From Podarcis bocagei (Eukaryota): a stretch of 64,000 nt of DNA. Below, piece by piece: positions 24,903-35,948 of the stretch. Made by a program: the position numbers and the translations under genes. Within the stretch, counting starts at the first letter, position 1, and each line of letters begins with the position of its first letter. The notes under the pieces were generated by a model. It searched no databases. It was not told the DNA's origin and worked only from the letters and a program-made list of their open reading frames with translations. Location of the stretch: the NCBI GenBank assembly GCA_964188305.1, contig OZ076888.1, one strand, 5' to 3'.

Positions 24903-25132
24903 CAGTGGTGCCTCGCAAGACGAAATTAATTCGTTCCGCAAGTTTTGCCGTCTAGCGAATTTTTCGTCTTGCGAAGCACGGTTTAAACGGTTTAACAAAG
25001 TCGCAAGACATTTTTGTCTTGCGAAGCAAGCCCATAGGGAAATTCGTCTTGCGAGGCAAATCGCGAACGAAAAAACCTTTCGTCTAGCGAGTTTTTTGTC
25101 TTGTGAGGCATTCGTCTTGCGAGGTACCACTG
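24903..25132. mobile_element. MITE family B (similar TIR; internal CGTCTTGCGA repeats)
   Basis: TA|CAGTGGTGCCTCGCAAGACGAA...TTCGTCTTGCGAGGTACCACTG|TA. Confidence 0.88.
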
Positions 25133-26092
25133 TATTAATCTAGTATTGGTTAAAACTGCTACGACTTTAAATATATTACATACCAATATGCAAGGCTGAC
25201 AGGATTTAAGATCCCCTGTTTGAACAGGATCCGAAGTCAATCATCTACTCTTGCTGACAAAAGAATCAGCACAGATTTGTTCATCACTATAGGATCAAGA
25301 GTTTACTTTCAGGCCCAGAATCTGTTGGTCTAACAAGCTTTTGCTATGAGAAGTACAGACAGAGTCAGAAGTTTGTTGCACATTGCTAACTCCTACTTCC
25401 TGTAGTGGATACATTTAGTTCTCTAGGCAGCTGTCTATATGATTAGCAAGAACAGCTGTAGTTTCCCGTTAAGCACCGCCTCGAAGCACGCAGTCAAACA
25501 GGCAAAGTGAGATCTTGGGAAATTTTTGCATTTCTTTATATAAATGATGACTTTTTATATAAACTATATTATTTGTATTAATGAATTACATTATGTGCCA
25601 TGTGTTACATCAAACAGGATTTCTTTTATTAGTCACTTATATAGAGCATTTGCAATTCCCTTATCCTACAGGTAAGCAGTACCATGCATTAAAAAAAGAA
25701 CCCAGCAGTTTCTATCTGCTTCCCACCACAAGTATAGTAGAGCAGGGTGTGCATATGTGAGAGTTTGGGGGGGGGTAAGAACACCATGTTGCTTCAAACC
25801 ACAAAATCACTAGGTGCATTACTATATCTCAGTATGCCAGCTCTGATATGGCAATGCTATCTACCTTACAGAGTTGTTTAGAATATTAAGATAATGTGTT
25901 AAAGTACTCTGATCACCATAGAAGGTTCTCAAATTGTGGTCTATGAATCATCCGTGTGTGAGCACGATTCTGGTGAATGATGGAAAGGCTGCTTCTGTAC
26001 AACGATTCCCTCCCCCCCCAGATGGGGTTAAGTGCTTTTAGACTAGGGACAAATTTATCCAATAAGCAAACAAGGCACTATAGCCCCTAGAG

Positions 26093-26349
26093 CAGGGGTC
26101 AGCAACCTTTTTCAGCCATGGACCAGTCCACCATCTCTCAGATCATGTGGTGGGCCAGACTATATTTTGGAAAAGAAAAAAATATTTGAACGAATTCCTA
26201 TGCCTCACAAATAACCCAGAGATGCATTTTAAATAAAAGCACACATTCTACTCATGTAAAAACACGCTGATTCCCGAACTGTCCGTGGGCCGGACTAAGA
26301 AGGCAATTGGGCCGCATCCAGCCCACGGACCTTAGGTTGCTTACCCCTC
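26093..26349. mobile_element. hAT (Charlie-like) non-autonomous element
   Basis: CAGGGGTCAGCAACC...GGTTGCTTACCCCTC termini; 8-bp TSD CCCTAGAG. Confidence 0.85.
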
Positions 26350-29300
26350 CCCTAGAGCTTACGATTTTCCTTTGATGCAGTTTACTACTTTCTGCCAAAA
26401 AAATTAAAATAATAATAATTACCAGAAGGGGACCTTCTCAGCAGCTTGGTGCAAGTCCCGCACGGTAATTTTCATACTACAGCACTGGTTGTAATGATGT
26501 TGGTATGAAAGAAAAATGTTTATAAAGTGGTCCACCAAGACTACCAAGCTGTCAACAACAAAAGAGAGCTTGAAAACTGCTTCCCTAGAAGCACTACATA
26601 AATACTCAGTATGAGCTCCTTAAAAGAGCCACAGTTCTATGGTAGATCACATGCTTTGCACGCAGAATGTTCCAAATTCAGTGGCCTTGAATCTCCAATT
26701 ACAGGGCCTCAAGTAGCTGAAAAAACCTTTGTTTTTAGAAAAATTAACAAGTGAAGCACTCTAAATTTCACTGAACATCTGACATCATAACCTTAGTAAA
26801 GAATAAAAATAATTCAAAATCCTTTGACTGATTAACATTTCAATGTATGCAAATCTTTAAAAAAATCCACCACTTTTGACCTTTTGACTTTAATCTTCTG
26901 AGTATTTAACACTGATCCTGGTAAACAGCAGGTCTTATCTTTCAGCTTAGTAGTTGTTCCGTCCTAGATTAATGATTTCTTTCAGCTATGCTGACAGCAA
27001 ACAGCCAAAGCCAAATTTTGTTTATTATCCAAGCATCTACTTGAAGCTCAAACCTTTACTTTATCCTATCTACCCCAAAGGATCGAGCATATATATTTTT
27101 AAAAATCATAAGTAGGCCCCAATACTGGTGTTTCTAAGTAAATCTTCCTTCAATTATCTATGCTGTATCAAGAATCAGTATATGAACATCTGTCAGTACA
27201 CAGCAGTGAAGTCATAAAAAGCTTTGCTTCTAGCTTTTCCAAGTACTAGAATATAACGGTCAGACTTCTGCAGTAAGGTGTCCAGGCAGGATGTGAATAC
27301 CATCCCTAGCTGAACAGAGTGAGGATTTATTTGGGCATGGGTTTTTCTACTAGTAAACCCCACACTATTATTTTTTCTTAAAAAGTAGCACTGATGTGGG
27401 GAAAGGGTCAGATATTCACAGCTGTCCCAAACCTCCCTGAATGCACACAAACCTTTGGAAGCCCCTAAAGGAACTGTCTGGATCCTATTACAAAAGAGGT
27501 CTCCTCTGGGATGCAAGTTTTTATTTTTCAAGGAGTCAACCAGCAGCAACAAGCTTTCATAGCAAGCCTATCAAAAGTATTAGATACTTCCCACTCTAGG
27601 GCACATTATGGACACCTGGAGCTTAGTTTACTAACTCGGGAAAGCTACGCATCTCAAGAGGCAGCTGTATGGGTGGCACAAACTACAACTGGATCTGTGC
27701 TTTTTGTCATACTCACTACATAGATCACCATCCCACTCCGTCCATATACTTTTTAAATTTAAACTTACTAAGTTTTTAATTGCAAATAAATAACAAATGA
27801 AGCAGACAAAGAGTTGGAGGGAAAGGGAAAGAGCTAGGGGCATGACTGTTAAACTTACCCAGGGGATGATATAAATTTGGTTACCACCTCCAGCAGTCAC
27901 TACAAAGGTACATATATACAACATCACTACTTCTCAGCTGACTTTCTACCACTCATACTGTTTTCCCTACATAGAAAATGTTGAAATAATGCATGAAAAT
28001 CATAGGAATTATGACTTCCCAACTCTGGGGAAACTTGAGTATGGAGCAGGTCACTAAAGTGTAGAATGGGGATTTGGGGATCTCAGTTGCATTTATACAT
28101 AAGCCAATCCAACCTAACTGAGCTTCTTGTGCAATACTGTATGCTCTATTGGTAACTAGGTGCTATTCAATAAAACACTGATAAAAGTTAATATTGCAAA
28201 ACTACTATGTCAGCAAGACATAGGAGCTGCAAGCAGAATACAGCAGTTGCTTTGTGCATCTCTTAGGTTATCTTCACCATAATATCTGGTCACTAAAGAA
28301 TAAATCAGTTCCCTTCCAAAGGTGTAGTTATTTTACTCACTATTATTCGTACAATCATGTGATGTTAACCAATTTTGGAAAAGATTTTACGTTAGATATG
28401 GTTCTGCTAGTATTTATAGGCTGTATTATAGGATTTCCTTTCCATTTGTTATTCAGATTTAGTGAGCATTTATCTGGATGTTTCAATTTCTTTTGTAAAC
28501 TCCACTGTCTGAAGAATAAACATACATACTGTTCTGCGTTACCAAACTTAGAGCATGATTTTGGCATACCAAACAGCTCTTGTACTTACATCTGAGGCTG
28601 ATACAGCCACTGAAGATTAAGCAAAAATCACAGGAGCTTCAAGGAGGACAATCCCAATAAATAACCAGCTTCTTTGAAACTTTGTACACTAAGTTCCTCT
28701 ACTCCACAAAGGACCTTTTTATAAAACTCTACAGGAAAGAAGTCTGTGGTGAGCTGCTGCAAGAATTTGGAGGAAGTTCAGTTGTCATAGGGCTGAGATG
28801 AGGATAAATGTTGAAATGATTTTCTTTCGGAACAAGAGATTAAATTCTCTGATTGCCAAAATGCACCTTAACAACCTTTGTACCAATGTAACCTCATCAG
28901 GAGCACAGAATACCATAGAAAGGATGTTTTTAGAGTTCTTAAGTTTTTGCAGGATTTGCCCTTAGGCAACTGACTGCCACATGCATTATGGTTTAATCTG
29001 CCCCCCACCCCAATTATGTTTTTCTAGCTACAGCAGCCCAAATATCTATTTTTTTTTATTAACGTAGTTTCAGTACTGGGCAGACACGTTTAAACCTCTC
29101 CACAAAGCCTCCTCAGGAGGATGCAAATTGTCCCCTTTCTGATCCTTTGCTTCCTCAGCTAATCTGCATGGAACATATGAGATGTCACAAGAATAAGCCA
29201 TGCTGAAAGTCTTACTTCTGAGTAAACATGTATATGATTGCATTATAGTTCTACCCTGATCACACAAGCAAGCAGACAAAAAAAATTAAAAGGCACTTAT

Positions 29301-29936
29301 TTAACTTAATGATAAATGCCAAAGCTCTACTCCTCTGTCTTCTATGAGTGTATGTTCTCATGTGTGGAGTGAGGCACCTAATACTGAATAATCCCTACAG
29401 GATTACTCAACAATTTGCCTTTGGAAACAGTATTTCCTCCTCCATTCCCAAAGAAATTAAGTGTTGCCACCCAAGGCACAAACAATTACTTCCATCTTAC
29501 ATACCCTCAAGGCACATTTACTCCCAACGTCATGAATATAGATATGGTGCTGGAGTATGTAAATCATAGATGAGTTCTTCTGCAGGAGAAACTGCCTACT
29601 ATACAGCATATGACTACTCCCGAAAGAGCAATTTTTAAATAGTAATTACCTACTTAAATTATATAGGTGGTATGGAAACAATTATGGAAAAGCACATAAG
29701 AATTCTACACTTTATGTAGCTAGCAAACTAGAAAACAATTTCTGTAAGAAGTGTAGGAAAGAAGACCAGTGTTAGAAACTGAGATATGAAAGCTAGGAGC
29801 TAAATGGCACCTTAAACCTAGGTTATGGGCGCAACAACGGAATGTCTAGGCGTGCTTTTTTTATAACAAGAATACAAAGCTGAAAATGGATGAACGGCAG
29901 CTAAAATATTATGTTAATTTTTCCCATAGTCTAGTC

Positions 29937-30236
29937 CAGGTGTTGGCAACCTAAGGCCCGTGGGCCACAAGTGGCTCACGGTGGTTGTTTAACTGGCCCA
30001 CAAGCCACCCCTGAGCTGAGCCGCCTGCTCGTCAAGTTCCCGCACGCAGCGCTAAACCAGCGCAGCACGGGGTGGGAACTTGCTTCCGCTGCACCAAAAA
30101 TTGCATCTGTGCATGTGCAGATGCCAAAAATTGCATCTGCGCACACACAGATGCAGGAAAATACATCTGCACAGACACAGGAGGGATCTCGGCTGGAGTG
30201 TACCCGCTCAGGCGAAGTAAACCTTGCTGACCCCTG
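29937..30236. mobile_element. hAT non-autonomous element with internal tandem repeats
   Basis: CAGGTGTTGGCAA...TTGCTGACCCCTG; perfect 8-bp TSD GTCTAGTC; repeated AAAATTGCATCTGYGCAYRYRCAGATG unit. Confidence 0.85.
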
Positions 30237-30664
30237 GTCTAGTCCTTCTCCTGCCAACCTCCCTAATATTCTAAAGAGGGTCTCTTCTCCAGTCTTCAGA
30301 GAGTAGTTGGAAGTGGGGAGGCAGAAAAAGGTCCTCCTTTCCTCCCACTTTTAATCTGAAATCTTAGGTATAGTACCGCGCCCAGAATTCAGAAACTGCT
30401 CAGGATAATGAAATTGTAGCAAAATGAGCCTAGAACAATGAGAGTTTCAAAACCGGAGAAGGTACTTACTCTTGGTATGTACTATTACAGCAAAGCTGAA
30501 TTTCTCAGCTTTTTAAAGGGAATTTTTTATATTTCCTCCCTTCACTGCTTAGAAAGAGCCCACTGCAGAGGTTTCTCTGAATATTCATAACTATTTTTTT
30601 TGTGGTGGGTGCCATTTCTCTTCCACAATACCCCCAAACAGTGCAAGATCCAAGGCACTGTGGA

Positions 30665-30790
30665 AAATAGGAACATAGGAAGCTGCCTTATAGAGGTAGT
30701 GGCCCTCCAGGATTTCAGGTAGAAGTTTCTCCCAACCCTATTTTGAAATGCCTGGGATTGAACCTAGGACCTTCTGCTTGCGATGCAGAT
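30665..30790 (-). mobile_element. Old tRNA-derived squamate SINE fragment (Squam3-like)
   Basis: ATAGGAAGCTGCCTTATA tail and GGGATTGAACCTAGGACCTTCTGC B-box region; relatives at ~24100-24250 and ~26620-26710. Confidence 0.55.
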
Positions 30791-31136
30791 TCCCTTCATG
30801 ATGCCAACATGGCAGCCAGGCTAGCCACACATTTGCCTACACAAAATAGTTAGTTGCCATGTATTTTATTCTTTGCATGTGTGAAACTGCCTGGTTGGCA
30901 GAAATTTAGCAGGCGAGCTTTTCACATTTTTGTTCTGTGCAGACTTCACCAGTTAAGAGATTGCTCCCACTTTCACTTTCAGCTCATGATGACTTATGCA
31001 AGTCATTTCTTGGCAGATGCAAAGAAGACACCACGTATTTAGAAAGGGAGAATCTGAGACACAAAAACACACACACACCTCACCATGGGTCAGTCTCTCT
31101 CATCCCAAACTACTTTAAGATACTGTTACAAAGCTA

Positions 31137-31443
31137 CAGTGGTGCCTCGCAAGACGAAAAGAATCCGTTCTGTGATTCTCTTCGTCTAGCGGTTTTTTCA
31201 TCTTGCGAAGCAAGCCCATTGACGGATTAGCGGGTTAGCGCTATTAGCGGCTTATCGGATCAGCTGATAAGCGGCTTAGAAAAAGGGGGGAAGGGAAAAT
31301 AACCCGCAGGAACTTGCAAGACATTTCGTCTTGCGAAGCAAGCCCATAGGAGATTCGTTTTGCGAAACACCTCCAAAACAGAAAACTCTTTTGTCTAGCG
31401 AGTTTTCTGTCTTGCGAGGTATTCGTCTTGCGGGGCACCACTG
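31137..31443. mobile_element. MITE family B
   Basis: Same long TIR and internal repeats as 24903; TA TSD. Confidence 0.88.
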
Positions 31444-32507
31444 TAATAATAAGTGGAATCCCCAATCACATACACCACAGGAAGGTAGGTTACATACAAA
31501 TTCAGTACTATGATACTTCCTGTTAACAACTATACTTTCTAATGGAGTCATCCCAGGTACAATAATTGATTGTGATAAATTAAGTGCTCAGCACGTATGT
31601 GCAAGTGACCTAATCCAAGGAGCTTCATCTTATATGCACGTTTACTCCAAAGCTCTTTTGGGTTACACAGGACTTACTCCTGAGTAAACAGGCACAAAAT
31701 TATAATCTTTTTTTCAGCTGTTGAAACCACAATAGTCATATTAGAAGGGAAAGCTCTCAAGGGGGCAATGACTACATTCCAGCCAACCCACTCAGCAGAC
31801 CTGTTTACTTCAGTAGCAAAGTACATGGTGTACACAAACCCAATGCAAATGGTAACTCCAGACTATATTGGTGGGTAAGATGGTAGGAAGGGATTTACTT
31901 TGCTAAAGTTACTGATGAGGAAAACTCAGCTCTGGGCTACCCCTTTCAGTGGTCCACTGCTGCAGAAAAAAGAGCTAAGAGTCATGTGCCACTTCGAAGA
32001 CTGTGCACTTTCCAAGCTACAATGGATACACAGTTATTTTGGCTGAGACACAGAATACAGCGCTAGTTATCTTGGCTGGGACTATGCTGTTTCCCATTCA
32101 TTGTGACTCAGGGTTCCCCCGTCCCTCTTGTTTTCTTTGGTTTTAATGAACAGGCTTTAAGCTGGCCTTTTTTTCTTTTCTTTTTTCATTGAGGCTCAGG
32201 TAGAGCCATTCAGAGAGGGAGCCGCATCAATCAACTGGGAGGAAGAAAACCAAGCAGCTTGGCGAGGTGGTTTTTATTATTTATACAGCACGCCACCATT
32301 TCTTCCAAGGAGCTCAATGCCGTGTGCACGGCTCCTCTCCTCCCAAAACCCCTGTGAGGTAGGACTCGCTGTAAAAACCGTGTTTATGGATGACAATTTT
32401 ACTCGGCTAGGAGTGATCCCCAAAGAAGCAGCTAAGTTCAAGGCCACCCAGAGAGCTTCGTGGCTCATTCGAACTCTGGTCCCCCAGGCCATATTACAAC
32501 ACACTGC

Positions 32508-32637
32508 TGGCGTTTCTCAAACTTAGGTTCTCGGCTCTGGTCCGACTACAACTCCCATCATCCCTAGAGCTAGCAGGACCGGTGGTCAGGGACGATGGGA
32601 GTTGTAGTCCGACAAGAACCCAAGTTTTGAGAAAACA
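32508..32637. mobile_element. Palindromic hAT MITE related to 59344, next to the GLUD1 exon 1 donor
   Basis: TTTCTCAAACTT...AAGTTTTGAGAAA arms; core CTACAACTCCCAT...GCTAGCAGGAC.GGTGGTCAGGGA shared with 59344. Confidence 0.78.
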
Positions 32638-32697
32638 TTACGCCGCACACGGAAATAAGCGGAGGAGGGGCTGGGTATTCGGGAAGGCGAGGCTCAC

Positions 32698-33145
32698 CTC
32701 CCTTGCAGGGGGTGCGGTGCTGGCTGTGCTGCGCCCGGTAGCCCTCGACCACCTCCCACTCGCCGTTTTCCCGCTTGATGGGGAAGGAGACGCTGAGCAC
32801 GTGGTTGCAGGGCTTGATGATGCGCAGGATGCCGCGGACGCGGTGCCGCTTCTCCTCGGGGCTCTCGCGGGTGCGCAGCCCTTCCACCAGCTTGTCCTCC
32901 ACGATGCCGGCGCCCCGGTCGAAGAAGCCCTCCACCATCTTGAAGAAGTTGGGGTCGTCCTCCGACGCCGACACCGCTTGGCTGTATTGGCGGCGCCCGC
33001 CGTCGTCCCGACTCGTCGTCGTCGCCCTCCTCCTCCCCGGACCGCTCCCCGCCAGCAGGGCAGCCGCGCACGGCTCCGCGCCGGACAGTGCCGGCGAGCC
33101 CGCGGCGCGGACGGGCGCCAGGAGCTCCCCGAGGCAGCGGTACAT
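32698..33145 (-). CDS. GLUD1: Glutamate dehydrogenase 1, coding exon 1 (mitochondrial leader plus mature N-terminus)
   Basis: ATG at 33145; MYRCLGELL...RRQYS...[18 protein letters not shown]...[15 protein letters not shown]; GTGAG donor at 32697; 448 nt, phase 1. Confidence 0.98.
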
Positions 33146-33499
33146 GGTAGCGGCGGCGAAAAGGGGCTCGTGGGGCGGAGGGGGGGCGGCCGGCGGTTTA
33201 CCTCAGCGGCGGCAAAAGGGCAAGGGAGACGCTGGGCTGGCGCTCGCCGCTCTGAGAGGGGGGAAAACTGAAGGGCGTCGACGCGGCAGGGCGGGGGAAA
33301 AGGGGTGGGAGGAGCAAAGCTGCTGCCCAATGGCTCGACAACAAGGGCAAGCGGGCCCCCGCCGCTGCCTTTAAATGGGCCCCTCCGCGGGAGGCAAACA
33401 GGGGGCGGGCCGAAAGGGAGGGGAAGGGAAGGGGTCGTGGTAATACCTCCTCCCATTGCGCAGGCGCACCTATTCCACTAACCGCCACCTCTTTCGGCA

Positions 33500-33590
33500 G
33501 CTGTGGGAGGAGCCCGTGTTCTCGGGCGGCGCTTTTTTTTTTTGGAAGCGCGCCTGCGCGGTGCGGCGGCGAAGGGAAAGCGGGTCTGAG
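33500..33590 (+). other. SHLD2: Probable non-coding first exon of SHLD2 (start approximate)
   Basis: Strong donor GAG|GTAAGA at 33591 in the CpG island; second strong donor GAG|GTAAGT at 33711. Confidence 0.55.
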
Positions 33591-34028
33591 GTAAGAGAGA
33601 GCTTTTTGATTGGGTGAGGGATTCCGGTTTGTCCCGCCTCCTTTTCAGCAAAGCGCGCGCAGCGGCGGTTTTATTTTAACCGTTGGGGTGTATGTTCGGG
33701 GGCGGGGGAGGTAAGTCGGCTGTTTCCGGGCGAGGTCGGTGAGCGCGGGAGGGTAGCTGCCGTGAGGCTCCCCGCTTTAGTAAATAAAGGAAGGCCTCGC
33801 TGGCCTCTCGGTCCTTCTGACAGGCACCGAGGGCCGCCTTGCATTCCTCTCCTCCCGGGCTTAGGCCTTCCCCTGTATTGCGCTGCTCGGCGGTGGCTTC
33901 CCTCAGGCTCTCCTGGAAATGTCTTGCCTCACACTTGGCACACCGCATCGATGAGTGACCAGTGCTGCTTTCCTGTTTTTATCGGGGGGGGGGGAGAGAA
34001 GGAGAAACTCGCCAGGAAGTTTATGTAA

Positions 34029-34163
34029 TGTAAGATGTGATTAATCAACTCAAACAGACCATGATCTGGATTTAAAAAGACCACAGTTTTATTGATTACG
34101 GATACAGGTGGATTTTTGGCTCGGGCATTGGGTGCATGTATATCCGTTCCAGCCCCCCGGACA
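34029..34163 (-). mobile_element. Possible short or deleted LTR remnant
   Basis: TGTAAG...GGACA ends; minus-strand AATAAA ~60 nt from the end; no clean TSD. Confidence 0.3.
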
Positions 34164-35794
34164 AATAATAATAATAAAAAATTTTAAATAAGTAAAGGGA
34201 CTCCGTTCCCCAGAGTTCCTGCTCAAAAGAACCCCTGCAAGTGACCCTTTACTTTTTGATCCAGAGTTCTTCTTACTCAGTTTTGCTGGAACTTATTAAC
34301 TTAAAACATCAAGCATTTAAAACTTCCCTATACAAGACTGCCTTTAGATGTCTTCTAAAAGTCAGAGTTCTTTATTTTTTTGACATCCTACAGGAGGGCA
34401 TATCACAGTGTGCACTCGACTATAATAATAATAATTTATTACTTACACCTTGCCCATTTCCCCAGCGGCTTCCAACAGGAGATTAAAAATACATTAAAAC
34501 ATCAGAATAGGGCTGTCTTCAGATGACTACTGAGAAGGCCTAGAACAATCCTGGAAAAATTCTTCCCTTAGGAAAATAGCCTAGAATCACTGTTTTTCTG
34601 TGGTGCAAATGACCAAAATTGGTGACAGTGCACCTTTAAGACTGTGTTCTCTTGGAGCTGCTTCTAGTCTAAGAAATGGTTATTTTTCCTCCTCCATACC
34701 TTGGCAGATTGCTTATGGTGTGTTGTTTGCTTATGGTGCACACAAAGAGAGTAGCAGATTATTATTTTTTACAAGTAAACAGCTGACTGGCATGCTCACT
34801 TAGAACCAATAGATCTTTTGATGGATAATAAATTAATACATTATTTATATGTTGCCTTTCTACATTGAGTTTGCCCAAAGCAGCTTACAAGAAAAATCCA
34901 CTTACTATTAAATACAAAACGCAGAGGTTGAGGTCAGTGGAGAAAGCAGTTTACGGAATAAATTCAAAGAAAATGAAATCAATAATTCAGCAAGCATAGA
35001 AAAAAACAGAAAGAATATACAATAAAGTTCCAGTTGCTGGTGCTGATCTTTTTGTCAAGGAGCCTTAGCAGCCTGGCTTAAATACAGTATAGAAAGATTG
35101 TCTCACTAGGTTAGATAATTTACAGCTGGCTTTCTCGTTTCTCTTCCAGAGAAGACAAACAGCAGAAAAAGAGAGAGATACTGGGGAGGGCAATGACAGT
35201 AAGTAATTTTCGCCAGCCTCCTGGACGTTCCAACTGCTGACTTAGCTAGAGTTTGCTTGCCAAGACTTGAAAGGAAGGGATCTAGCCGTGAAACAGCAAG
35301 CTGGAATCCTGTCTCATGTGTGGTTCAAATATAGGAAGAGCTTCAGTTTTCAGACTGGGGCACCTACTAGTGGACAGGATGAAGCCTACCAGCCTGCTGT
35401 TAGACTGAAACAATAACAGCACAAGGAATGTTCCAAGGGAAATAAGTACCTCTTCAATCAGGTAATTTGCTTTCCACCAGCGAACTCCAGAAGTAGTGCC
35501 CTGTTCAGAGATGTCAACAAGAGATGTCAACAAGAAAACTGCCAGGAGTGTTTCATCCATTCATAGCACATTTCCTGGGAAAAGCAGGAATATGTGACTG
35601 CTTTTGTTCACTGGGTAACTGGAATTAACCACATTTCTTGAGTTTGCCATATAATTTAATATTATTGTTTCCTGTGTGAGACACCATATCAGTTCTGCAA
35701 AATGTAGCCCACATTGGAGATATGAATGATGCCTTATTTACATCAATTCTATGAATGACAGGCTGTACGATGCACACAGCCCTGTGTGTGTAAG

Positions 35795-35948
35795 GTTATC
35801 TCCCACTTGGACTACTGTGACATGCTATACGTGGGGCTATCTTTGAAGGTGACTCTGAAACTATAACTAATCCAGAATGCAGCATCTAAACTGGTGACTG
35901 GAGCAGCCGCCAGAACCATATAACCCTGGTTCTGAAAGACCTACATTT
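35795..35948 (+). mobile_element. L2-like LINE ORF2 fragment
   Basis: Reads LDYCDMLYVGLSLKV...LIQNAASKLV...HITLVLKDLH, like the L2 LDYCN...LQ.IQN.AARL...HITP.L..LH motif; contains a stop and a frameshift. Confidence 0.75.

Larger units (their letters stand above)
32560..33960. promoter_or_regulatory. CpG island and bidirectional promoter shared by GLUD1 and SHLD2
   Basis: GC/CpG-rich block in an AT-rich background; GC box near 33401; CCAAT near 33327 and reverse CCAAT near 33609; TTTAAA near 33370; NRF1-type TGCGCAGGCGCA at 33457-33468 and a variant at 33549-33560. Confidence 0.9.

Noticed and set aside
24903-25132. Short repeats with spacers, superficially CRISPR-like
   Set aside because: Eukaryotic intron; irregular spacing, mixed orientation, enclosed by TIRs with a TA TSD
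32582-33488. Long overlapping ORFs (229, 272, 199, 125, 96 aa) around GLUD1 exon 1
   Set aside because: Expected shortage of stop codons in a GC-rich CpG island and antisense to a GC-rich exon; Pro/Arg/Ala/Gly-rich with no recognisable domain
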